Source: Ramazzottius varieornatus
Taxonomy: Eukaryota > Animalia > Tardigrada
DNA: 64,000 nt
Direction of reading: 5' to 3'
NCBI GenBank assembly: GCA_001949185.1
Contig: BDGG01000004.1
Location: 2,856,912 to 2,920,911 of the forward strand
Part shown: positions 11,734-23,700 of the stretch, piece by piece
How positions within the stretch are numbered: position 1 is the first letter of the stretch
Layout of the letters: every line of letters starts with the position of its first letter
Position numbers and translations under genes: made by a program
Notes under the pieces: model-generated
Database searches by the model: none
What the model was told of the DNA's origin: nothing
Seen by the model: the letters and a program-made list of their open reading frames with translations, nothing else

Positions 11734-13126
11734 ATGGATAAGCGTACATATCGGAAGGATATCATTCGCGCCTTTGGAGATGAACGTGATGCCGCGGATC
11801 GGTCGCCCTCAGCCAGCGGCGAGCCGGACGATCAACTCACCCAGCATAAGAGGTCTTCATCGGAAGGTGTTAGTAGTAGTCAGAAGCCTGAGCAGAGCTG
11901 CAGTCACTGGGGCTCTAAAAGCCAGAGCTGGCCGAAGGATAACAGCGACTACAACTTGGACCAGATCAGCTGCATCACGGAAGTCCAGTTGCAGAGCGGC
12001 AATATGAAGATGCTGTCGTCGTTCTTGAGTAGGTATGCTGAACGACCGGACATAATCAATGGCGATATGTATAAGAGGGCGATGGCTTGGCTGGCGTTCA
12101 ATCATGGACACCATAGCGAAGTATATAATATACTGGAGACCCATCCCTTCGGTTCGACCCACCACGGAGAACTCCAGGACTTGTGGTACCAAGCGCGGTA
12201 TGCCGAAGCGGAAAAAGCCAGATGTCGCATGTTGGGTGCTGTGTAAGTTATTCATCTGACCACTTATTGTAACTCTCTTTAGTCTTATGTTCCGCCACGT
12301 GGATATCCTTGTTTTCTTTGTTTCCGGCAGGGACAAGTACAGATTGCGAAGAAAGTTTCCTTTGCCAAAGACTATTTGGGATGGAGAAGAAACTATTTAT
12401 TGCTTCAAAGAAAAGAGCCGGGTGGCTTTGAAGGTACGTGAATGACGGAGAAGTTGAGGACCTTTTGAAGTTTCGTCGTGACTGGAGACAAGACTTTCAA
12501 GGTTCACGTTCGAAGTTCTCTTCCTATCTACGGACTGTATTCCCCCGACGTCTTCTAAGTTGTTTTTTACAGGACTGCTATAAGGTCAACCGGTATCCGT
12601 CGCCCGAAGAAAAGCGGTACCTGTCACAAAAGACCGGCCTCACAATTACGCAAGTTGCAAACTGGTTCAAGGTTCGTCCAACTTGGGCTACTGATCACGA
12701 TTTCACCTAAATAACAATAAATAATGATTATGGTACGAGAGTTAAAAGACATCACTATTAAGAATACGTTCTTTTTTAGAACAGACGACAAAGAGATCGG
12801 GCGCCAGTCTACCACGGTGGAATGTCGAGGTGCAGTTCTTATTCGTCATTACAATTTGTTTTCGAAATAATCTTCTCCCAGTCCATACTTTTGTTTTCAG
12901 TGATGAATCGCCCATGTCATATTGCGTCCAACTGTACAACGGCTTCCCGGGCGGAAGTGGCTCACCGTCGCCTTCGAGCCAGAACCCGGCGTCGATCTCC
13001 TTTTGTGGTTCCATGCCTCATAATATCTCCAGCCCAACGCTGCATCCGGTGCATATGTATGCCGCCACAGCTGCTTCCAGTAACGTCAACGGTGTCGATA
13101 CCTCAATGGTTGATCACTCTTTCTAA
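11734..13126 (+). CDS. Six4: Six4/5-class SIX-domain homeobox protein (exons 11734-12242, 12331-12433, 12573-12671, ~12780-12828, 12901-13126)
   Basis: SIX domain [43 protein letters not shown]; homeodomain starts ETIYCF (Six4/5 ETVY type, not ETSY or QKTH); [22 protein letters not shown]. Confidence 0.9.
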
Positions 13127-13734
13127 GCCCATCATCCCATTATTCCCTAGTCCAAATCAGGAAAGGCCACAAACAGTTTCCCCCAAAGCTTCCGATAATT
13201 GTTTGTTAGTGCGGATAATTAGCCTTGTTTCCTAAGGAAATGAGTCGGCAGTCAACTGCGTCAACTGAGCTGATAATGACAGGTTGTCCCCCTAGCTTGT
13301 CCAGAGGCGTCAAATTTCCGCACTGTTACAAGGAAAATTTGCGCTGCAAGGGGCGCAAAGGACAAATGGATGGTTAAGAAGCCGTTTGCCGGATAAGTAG
13401 AGCAGCTCCTTTCAGACCTGTAATTACCGCCACAAACTGCGTCGATTTACTCAAAATTTTCGCATTTGCCACATGTGATAAATTAACAGTCAAAACTTTC
13501 TCGTCTGGCGTTCGTACCTTTCATATTTCAAGGATTATGGCCGCTTTGTCACACGAGATAGCAAAGCAAGAAACTAGAATACCGGTTAGGATGAAAGCAC
13601 ATTCGACCAAACATTACGGTCATTCAGTATTCGCAGTTGCGTATCAAGAAAAGTAAAAAGGTGTAAAAAGGTTCCGGGATCAGACTTCCTTGTTCGAAGG
13701 CCCACAGTGAAGGTCGTGCCAGTGTTTTCAGCTT

Positions 13735-16700
13735 TCACATATCACGATGGTCCAGAGCTCCAGTACGCTTCACGCCATGCCGAGCATCTCCATGAGGGTC
13801 GAACGTAAGTCCGTGGCCGCAGTGACACATGCTGTTGTCCACCTTGTACGCGTGTTTCCAAATCTCGAACAAACTAGCGGCTGAGTGAAACCTGGAAAGA
13901 GATCCGTAGAGTTTCTCAGCCTAATATGATGACCAGATGAAAGATGCGTTCTTGTACGGTCGTACCGATACAAGATTTGGAGAGGCACCGTGACGTGGGT
14001 GATTATGGTCCACTCGTAAAATCCGAAAAATTGTCGCTGGATGGGGTTCGCTTCGCTCCTCAGGGTTTTGAATATCTGGAAGGCGTACAAATTACGTATA
14101 AAAGTGGCTTTCGGAAAAAAACGGTACGATTTGACTACCACGGAACCTAACGTACATTCATGCTCCACATTGAGATGTTCCAGCAGCAGAGAAAAGTCAG
14201 AGCGTTTCGGCCAGGCTTTGGTACTTTCTGGCCCGAATGAATACTGTTCCGCGGAATGGACCGATGTGAGGCCTGCAGAACAAGCCAGACATGTGACCTC
14301 CTCTACAGGTAGGATACATGACTAGGGTCCGAACTATCACTTACGAACCTCGAAAATATATATCGTCTGCAGGGTGGACTGAAATATTGACATGCAAGAG
14401 CTAACAATAATTAGAATGGTGTTGGTGGGTGTCGCGGGATCTTCGTCGTTCGTCCCGATAATGCAAAGTATAGGAAACTGGAAACAAAATTCATGGTTGC
14501 TTCGATTGGAAAAAAATTCATGGTTGCACCTGGTGAAGAAACCAACTTACCGCGTAAACACCCATCTGCAATAAAAGTATAATCTCGATCAATGATGCGG
14601 AGGTAAATAAATTCTGTCTAACCACTCCAATTGCCCTACCATGGAGGTAAGGAGCATTTCGGTGTCCAGTTCCCAGTTGACGGAAGTACTCGGGATCTTG
14701 GGTAGGTGTCTTATGGCCTGGCCGAAGGCTGCGACCACTGCGATGATTCCAAGGGTATAGAGGATAGACTCGCCGATTTGAGCCTCAAGGACAGCTTGCT
14801 CCGGATTTCTAAATGAAAAAGAAGTACCAGATATTTTTCATTACAAACAGTTCACCACAAAAGCAAAGAATTAGTACGTTACGCAAAGCTAGGCACCTTG
14901 TTTTGAAGATGAAAAACAAAATCAGGCAGACTATGGTCATGGCAAGGACCACGGAACCACCAAGGAGACCTCCGACAGCTTGGTCACAGTCCAGCCAATA
15001 AAGGCGGTGGCTAGAGTCAGGGTGGTCGTATGAAGTGGTCTGACAATTTGCACAGTTCTGCAAGGATACTTCGGAGGGCCTTCTTTCGGACGCGTGTCGC
15101 GACCCGGAAGTAGTGTGACCGAGCGACGCTTCGCTCCTGATATTGCGGCAGACACAGTAAACTATCCCGGCACTAATGACAGCATAACCTGTCAGAACAA
15201 AGAAAAAGTGAGAATAGACTACACCGGTGGAAAAATATAAATGGTACGTCGGCAAACGACTTGAGCATAGTCGCATCCTCAAGTGGCACACACGTTCAGC
15301 CAGTAACAATATGAACGTGCGCCACTCAAGAGAACGTTTGTGACCAATTCATCTGCCGACGTCCCACGTAAAGAAACAAAGGAGCAAACTAGACGAAGGA
15401 TAGTCCCTTGATTTCATTCCATTTTCATTACCGATTATGCAGGGATACAGGAACACGGAAGCGTTGACCAGTACATCTCCCAGTACCGAATCACTTTGCG
15501 CACAGAGTGGAGACAAGTCGAGGTCTCCGACTGAGGTGGCTTGACCATCTGTGGAGACCTTTTGACCATGCAGAGTAATCCCAGAAGAAGGAGCTCGGAA
15601 GGCCGTTCGACCAAGAAAGACACTTCTGGCTGTGTCTCCTGTGCTGTTTGTGGGCGCAGCGCCATCTTCATTGTTGTTCTCGGACCGGTAAACGGAGAAT
15701 TCGTACAGTGTCTGGTCAATAAGAACTCGGAGCCACATGGTGATATCCGTTGCCACAAGATGCATCAGCCCAAAACGATTCAAAATAATGTGCTTCCGAA
15801 TAATTCTCTGCGTAAAATCAAATAGAAAGGTTTACTGTGGATATTCAGGACCGACAGCATTTTGATTTTCAATGATGGAGTACCTTAGAGTGCAGAAAAA
15901 TAAAGTATGTCTGGATGGAAATATAGATCGATAGCAACAGTGGAATGACTCCTAAATCAAAACAGGAAAACCCAGTCAAGTGAAACAATGATGGTCGATA
16001 ACCTATTTTGTGTATTATACCTGATATGATTTCGTAGCATTTTCGGTTGTTTAGGTAAACTCCAAACTCCAGGCAGGAATAAATCATGGCGCCGACTCCA
16101 CACAGGATGGCATTCTAAAGACAATAAAACATTGGGGGCATGCTTTTTATATTGGCCAAGAAACTGGATCAGTAAACGTCGGGTAAACTTGCCATCTTTA
16201 AATAAACTGAACCGCGAGACGACTTCCTTTCAGCATGGTGTGATACACCTGGCCGTTCTCCGTCCGTGACCGAAGCGGTATTTGAGGTTCCATAAGCCCC
16301 AAGGCTGGAGCTCTCCGGCGCCAACGATCGGTTACGACCCCGGGATCCACAAGACAACAGCTGAGCGCATACAGAGCTGGCCTGCTTTTCGAAGGCTCTG
16401 GGTTCGTTGAAAAGGATCAGCAACGCATAGCCCAGGTAAATTATGCTGACGATGTAAATGGCAGCGTCAAAGCACTGCAATTAATTATGTTCCAAAATCC
16501 TGGGTTATGTTGTTCGTGATTAATTTTACATGCCATTCGTGGCGCAGTTTACCTCCGTGTAGAGCACGGGAATGTGATTGTCCCGTCTGGCTTGCGTGGA
16601 CAGAGCCAAGGCAACGTTGGAAATTATGAGCAGGAGAGCATATAGGGTCGCCGCCGGTTTTGCGACGTCTGTCATCCTATAAAGTGCGATGTAGTAACAA

Positions 16701-16920
16701 CAGATCATTAGAACAAATGAACTTATAAAACTGGGGGTTTCCATCGTCTTAGATACGAAAGTCGACCCGCATCTACGACATTCCTTACCATTCGCTGGTG
16801 TTCGACGACTCCTGATCCTCGTGTTCATCCTCAATCTCTTTAGCTTCCCAGTTTCCATACTGGTCTGTCTTCTGTGGATGTTCGGCCATTATTCCGACAA
16901 CGGGGTAGTCAGCGTCTACG
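13735..16920 (-). CDS. Otopetrin-family proton channel (5' end uncertain, may reach ~17520)
   Basis: RFGLMHLVATDITMWLRVL, FLYPCII, LDCDQAVGGLLGG, KPGRNALTFLCCWNISMWSMN, WTIITHVTVPLQILYR|FHSAASLFEIWK; stop at 13735-13737. Confidence 0.9.
15247..15361. repeat. About 120-bp fold-back family with conserved 53-bp core, copy A (otopetrin intron)
   Basis: Core 15278-15330 CTCAAGTGGCACAC..GTGCGCCACTCAAG; outer IR CGTCGGCAAACGA / TCATCTGCCGACG. Confidence 0.7.
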
Positions 16921-19900
16921 GGCTAGCCATTCGTAGACCTGGGTTCACAAAGAGCCATCAAACCATATAAAAACAAAATGATGGGGTTAAATGAATATAA
17001 CCAGACGCTTGCGAGGACGTGCAAAGCAACGCTTATGGTGCGACGGCAGGTACTCATCAGTGTGTGACGATGGGGTATTAGCGAACTGGAGCGGCACCTT
17101 GAGAATAAACAAGCCACTTCAACCACTTCCGTCTGACCATCATGGCGTCGCCCGGATCATCAATGCGACGTCTAGTGCGCTAAGTGAGATTTGCAGAAAC
17201 TCGGCTCGCCGAAAGCTGGAAACAGCCTGCAAGAAAGAGCTCGAAACGTTTCTCGTCATCACTTCTTCCTTGGGCGAAGCACGAAAAACTGTCGGAAACA
17301 TGAGCCAAAGAGTCAAACACAATGGAACACTGAATTTGGAAAATGATACGTGAATTCCTTGCCTGTTTCTGCGGCATCGTCAGCAACATTCGGTTTTCCA
17401 CTTGAAAACAGTGATGGCAGTAATGTAGCAAAGGCACAATTGTCTCGGTCCGCGGTGAGCTGATGAGTTTTCGTTAGTGGATGCTGACAATGCAAGATGA
17501 AGTCCGTCTTCTGGTCCATCTTGATTACGACCGGGTGTTTGCAGATACTCCAGATTTGAACGCACAAAGGGTCTATTGATCAAACTTTGTGCTTGTGACC
17601 GAACAAGAACCTTTCTGTTCCGCCCTGTAGACGAAGACCTTTGCTTATGTGGCGAAGATTAAGGCGACCACTACCGTTCCGAATCCTATCCACAACCAGC
17701 TTGACTTACCTTGCGAGTCGTCGTCCTGCTGGATATGCGATTCAATCCTCCGAATAAAAACATCCGAAATAAAGGTCTAATGGAAACCACGATGGCCAGC
17801 ACATTCCATCTTTGTGGCAAAACTTTACAACGGCACAACTACTAGTAAGCAAAGTGGACTTTGTAGTCACCTTCCGATGAAGCGCACTTCACTCTCGAGC
17901 ACAGCACACTTTCCAATTCTGTATACTGCGTTCACGAAGAAGGGAAGATATCATCAGGGAGACTCTAATATCATGCCGGAAAACGTTTGCTAAGTTAGAG
18001 ATCCCCGAGCTTCCCGCTTCCGGTTCTTGCATTGTCCGGGGTGCGAAAAATATTTGAACACCCACCCAGCCGGCAACCCCGGAGTTAGTGTCCTCAGAGG
18101 GGTTACACCCAGAATATCACGTACATCTTAAGCCATCTTTTCCTCCCGCTCAGGCGCCTCGGACCGATTCGCTGGGCTGGATTCTCTCTCGCCATGCATG
18201 CTTTTGACTTTTGACCTGAGGCCTCCGTTGAGTCGATTCAAGGTTCTTTGTTGTCAGTTCACGCTTTCTCTTCTGGCGCAACTCGTGTTGGAGTTCTGGA
18301 ATCTGGACGTCGACCATCGTTTGTGCCGTTTTCTCTCTCGTAGTATGATCATTTCTTGTGTTAATAGAGCCTCATCGGATTGTCGCAGCTGTACTGAGGT
18401 ACTTTACATGGCCACAAACCGATTGGGAGCTTGGTTCTGTAAAGATATGTCATCGATGTTATGACGTACGTGCAAACATTCAATTCGTTTTGTGCTATTT
18501 TACGTGATGACTGACAGCTGTCCCTCGGTATATTTTCCTTTACAGGTGTGCGTTCGTGACGAAGGAAGTGGCTTGATCATCCAATATGCATTCTGCATGA
18601 CGCAGAGGAATAATGGGCCCGTGGTCGTCGTTAGCATATGCTGACTAGGCGAAACCGAAACGTGCGCGTTCGAAGTCTGGAATAATCAAGTCCACATTCC
18701 AGCACATTTATGATTCAGTGTACCATGGACGCACCTGGTTAGTACGCTGGCGATACTACGCAGGATATACCGTAAGTTTGTCAACACACGCTGTTCTATC
18801 ACATTGCGCAACGGACAATCTTATCTCGGTTTGACTGAGCGCTTTTCATTCACGCATGCCGGATTTGATATCCAATCTCTCCCTGTTTTCTAGATCCGGA
18901 TTACAAAATTCTTCGGTAATAGAATTTGCTGTGATGCTGCATGGGAATAGAAGATCGCTAACGTCAGCCGGGATCCGTACTCGTACTCAGGTCAGTTTCG
19001 AAGCAGATGCGCGACTTGACTTGGGGATTACTATCTGCAAAGGCTTGACACATGACATTCCAGTGCGTCAGTGCCTATATCTCCAGCTCTCGATTTCTGA
19101 AGAAAGTTAAAGATCTTCTTACATCCGGCGGTTCTCCGTGTTTCGAAAGGCTGATGCATTCACAGTTTGCCTATGAGCATATAAAAGTTTGGCGTTCTCT
19201 CTCTGGATCACTTCCGGTTGCGCGGTAAGACGTTTTGTTTATTTATGCGCTACTTGGCACAGCGGAGTGTTGACTAGGCTTCTTCTTATTGACTAAGTTA
19301 AACTTAAGCAAGACGCCATATTCCTATCTTTCAGGAAATTATGCGTGTGTTGCGGCAGAAGCTAACGGCTGTTGCATAAGAGGAAGCCGAGGAGAGATTG
19401 TGCGTTCTAAAGATGTTGCTTCTCTTCCGTGGAATGCCAATAATATGATGGACGACAGACGACATAATGGCCAGCGATCCTCTTCTTGGTGTGCTATACG
19501 GTACGTCCAACTCTACTGTACATAGAGAGTACTCTACATGGAGCAATTTTAAGTACGCTGGCGTGCTTGACTTGACAGTGACTGACAGATAGTTCGATGT
19601 CCATGAAAAACTAACAGGCGTTTAAAGGCTGTCGTGCTTGCATGTTGCGCTGCTGTAGGAAAAGTGACTGGTGTATTTACCCTTGGGCAAGTGTCTTGAT
19701 GATATCATACACATACGGCGAAGGCTTCGTTCGGCTTATCATTAGCACCGTCATTTCCCCTCCGTCGACTCAGCCATCATTTTCCACCTTTCCGTCCGAA
19801 CCCTTATATTCTTCACTTCCCACGCTCGTATAAATCGGACAACAGAACAATTAGACCGTCACTTCACTTCGCCGTCAGTGATCATTGTCTTACCGTATAG

Positions 19901-20069
19901 ACCTGAGAATTTATCTTCACTTTATCCGTCCGTATGCTATATATTTCCAACCGGAAGTTCTTTATAATATGGAGGGTACTCGAAGGATGAATCCCGCCGT
20001 CTTTTGTGATTCTTCCAGTTAACCATCTTACTGTTGGTGAATTTTATTCTATTCCCGTTTTTCCTCCTA

Positions 20070-20720
20070 TAAAATTTGGTGAGGTCTACGTGCGCGAGAT
20101 TCTCACCTTATCGAGTCTTGTGGAAGCACCCTGCTCACATATCGCTTCGTATGCTGTAGTCTGGGCACTGACGCAGCAGTCCAGCTATGGTCCGCAAAGC
20201 TATAGTTCGTGCACCGAGTATTTTGACTACGTGCTCGAGATCTCGCCCGCAAAGATCTTTTAGGCGAGGGAACAGTATAAATATGTCCGTGTTCCCCTTC
20301 GGACTAACAGTTGCCAATGTCCTAGGATGTGGACGATCTGTAAAGCAATATCACCCGCAAAGTACAGCCTCGTAGGTGGAATGGACTACCAGTAACGCTT
20401 ACGGGAAAACCATATGGAGAACTCGTTCACGAAGGGCAATGTTGCAGATCGCCCACATACTACGAACCAGAGCTTTGCGAACCGTATCTGGAGTGCTGCG
20501 TCAGTGCCCAGACTATAGCACACGAAGCAGATATGTGATAAGGCTGCTTCCGCAAGACTCAATAAAGTGTGTATTCCGGCCTCTTTCATAGAAACGAAAG
20601 TCGCAGTCTCTCGCGCATAGCCAGTATATTCTTGAATAATTACTTTGTGGGCAAGATCTCGCGCGTAGTCAAAACACTTCGCACGTGAGACCTCGGCGCG
20701 GAGCCACTTCGGTAAAATTT
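20070..20720. repeat. Degenerate compound inverted repeat upstream of the furin CDS
   Basis: 20106-20209 is an imperfect reverse complement of 20461-20567 (shared TAGTCTGGGCACTGACGCAGCA); 20209-20253 is inverse to 20641-20686 (TTTTGACTACG..GAGATCT). Confidence 0.75.
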
Positions 20721-20784
20721 TGTATATGTTGAATTTATTTTCCCAAGTTTTTCTTGTATGAATGAATGAAATATCTCTGTTGTC

Positions 20785-23700
20785 TTGCAGTGCGTGAAGA
20801 TATTTCGGTGGATGGTTACCGATGCCATTTTTGGCTGTGGAAATATGAGGTGGAAGGGCGCTCATGCCCGAAGATCATGGCATGTCCTCCCGCATATTCC
20901 GAGCGGCAAAATTTCACTCCTTTCGGTGATAATCATTGTCGGCACGGCATTACTGCTGGGAATAATGGTTGTCGTGCCGGTCGGCTGCACCTTTCCGGTA
21001 TCTTCTTCATCATCTTTGTTCGAAACCTCCGGAGCAGATAACGAGACCACCGCGCGAAATGTCTACACACAGAAACGTTTTCCTGCCATATACACTGACC
21101 AATGGGCCGTCCATATCCCCGGTGGAATAGAGAAGGCCCGCATTCTCGCCGACGAATTTGGTTTTGAGTTCGTCACACAGGTAAGACATCATTTCAAAGT
21201 TGAGAAACTTTGAAACTACTCCTAAATATCCCTTCGAAAATTGGCGACCGACAAACAACCTCTGAATGGTTCTCAAGTGGCGCAGTTTTTTCTTCGTTAT
21301 TGGCTGGAAACTTGTGCCACTTGATACAGTATCATCCCCATATTATTCGCCGGCCTCCCAACTGGCGAAGAACTTCTTCATGATTAGTTCCCCTTGAATC
21401 GTTGATTGATTGTCTTACTGGGTTCGCCTAGGTGTGTGCGTATGAATGAGAGTACCCGGCTAACGGGGCGTGTTAGGTATTGTTAGCGATTGCTGGGGCA
21501 GGTTGCGGAAGACATTTCATATCAGCTGTGGATGTGGCATGTGGCATACAAAAGTCGAAATTAAATATTTTGACTGATCGCCGTTGTGGCTGACCTCCAC
21601 GCTGGAGACGATTCTTCCATTAATCAGTCTGGCATGAATTTTTAGGTTGAGTGATTTGGTGCTCGTGGTCCGTGCGGGAAAGTCCGTAGTGAAGCTAATG
21701 AACGTAAAATCGATGAAACAGAGAAAAAAGATAAATATACATATTTTTTGGGAATTTTTTATAGATAATCGATACCGTTTAGGTCTTGAAAACAATGATT
21801 ACCCATTTATCGGACACATTTGTAGCAGAGGAAAAAACATGACAATATACTTTGCGTGACAAAGACCCACGAGATAGCTCTACTAGAGCATATTGTATGT
21901 GGGTCGACAGACTCTCACGAATCGCCTATTATGCTCTTGATCGTTGGCTAACAACAAAATCTCGTCTTCAAAACCCACATTGAAACAGATGAATGTTAAG
22001 TGCAATGATTCATTTTGCGGTCAGTTTCTTTCGTTGAACGTTTTAAACAACTAGTTTATGGTTAGTAGAAAAGCACGCACTTTTTATCGACCAGCAAAAG
22101 TTTGGCTTATCGGGATTTCCATAAGTGTGAAATGGTTGTAATTTGGCAGATCGACGCTGAATACTGTTGAGCGCGTTGGATTGGGCATCGATTCTCAGCA
22201 GCGCGATCGATCGATATTTTCGGCGTTCCCCTGCATCTTTCCTTTCAAACAGTGAGCGTAAACACTCTTCCGGCAGCCCTTTCAAAAAATATAGAGCAAG
22301 CTAAACACTCTTGTGAAAGCTCCATAATATTGACAAATAGATGCATGACGTCCAAACACGCCCATCTTCATGGTGAATCAATACAGGGCATTCTGTCACA
22401 GTAAGGATGCTTAACCCGAAAACTGATTATTCGTATTGTGAAATCTTTGAACTGGAACTTCAGTCTCGGTTTTTTTGTGCTGTTGGGTTTTCGCTCGGTT
22501 CCAACAGAAACGCCGTCCATAAGGTTCCATGGACTTCCGCGGTCCTTTGGAACCAGAGTACTTCCTCGAAAGGTCGTTCTATTCAGAATGTTTCTGTGGT
22601 GGTTCTCGACTTCGCATGTGATGTGCAAAATTTACAGTATTGGATTGTTTTCTCAGATGGCGGTTATTCAGCTGATGCAATATTATAACTGTGATGGCGA
22701 CGTTTATCTTTGCGATAAATGTGCGGTTGTCATTTGAGGCTTAGGATGTTGTGTCGCCGCTTTGATGATAAGCATGACTAAACATGTCCCCACCGATAAC
22801 GTAAGAACACCACAGTTTTCCACCCAAGTAGGCACTTGTGGAAAATATTATCCGAAGGCAGGGCACGGCTATCGTGGTAACGGTCGAGTCGTTTGTTCTA
22901 GCTGGAGCCAAGGCACCAGAAAAAAAGGGCGACCAGATCGAGTCGTTGTGTCTGACAGACAGCGTTCCTTGTGGCCAAAGGTTGGTAGGTTTCTTGCATG
23001 TCTAGCGAACCAGGGTTTAGATTAGTGGTGGTGATAGTCGCCTAGATTTGTTTCGCGGGAGGAATATGTCCTGTGTCGAGCGTGTAACGACCAAAGTCTA
23101 CCAAACAATCAAGTTCACTGGCCCGGAAGAAGACATGGAAAAGTCCTCTGGGTCTTGTCGATGAACTGAACGATTGCATAAGCGGAATGTGCTCCATAAA
23201 CGTCACCACGTATAGCTTCCAATATGTCAAAAATATTTGCGACGCCAGGCGCATTACCGTCCCCTTCCGTCGTCTGGCGTTGCCGGAGTCTTCTGGTCAC
23301 ATTAGATGGCGTCGCTAATTAAGTTGTTCAGTCTCAAGAAAACATTGCTTAGATTTGCCGCGGAGAACCCAGCAGTTCTTGCTTTGGAATAAGAACCCAA
23401 ATATCCATCCATCAAAAAGTTGTTCCATATTAGTACACGGCTCGTTCTCACAGAGAGAATGAGTGGTTACGCCCAGGTTGTGGTATGAAGCAGTTTATAT
23501 GAGGGAAACGAGGTCAATTCTAACTTAGAAATTTCGGTTATATGAGAGTGTTGCTGCCCACTTGAAGCATCTTCATCACGAATTAAAACAATTTTGAAGT
23601 GAGCTCAAGCTGTTCTGAAAAGGAGAGCTGTGAAAGCGATACAAGCCGAGATGTCACTCTGAGGGGGGACACTGGCAAAACATCTCCTGCTGAGAATGAG

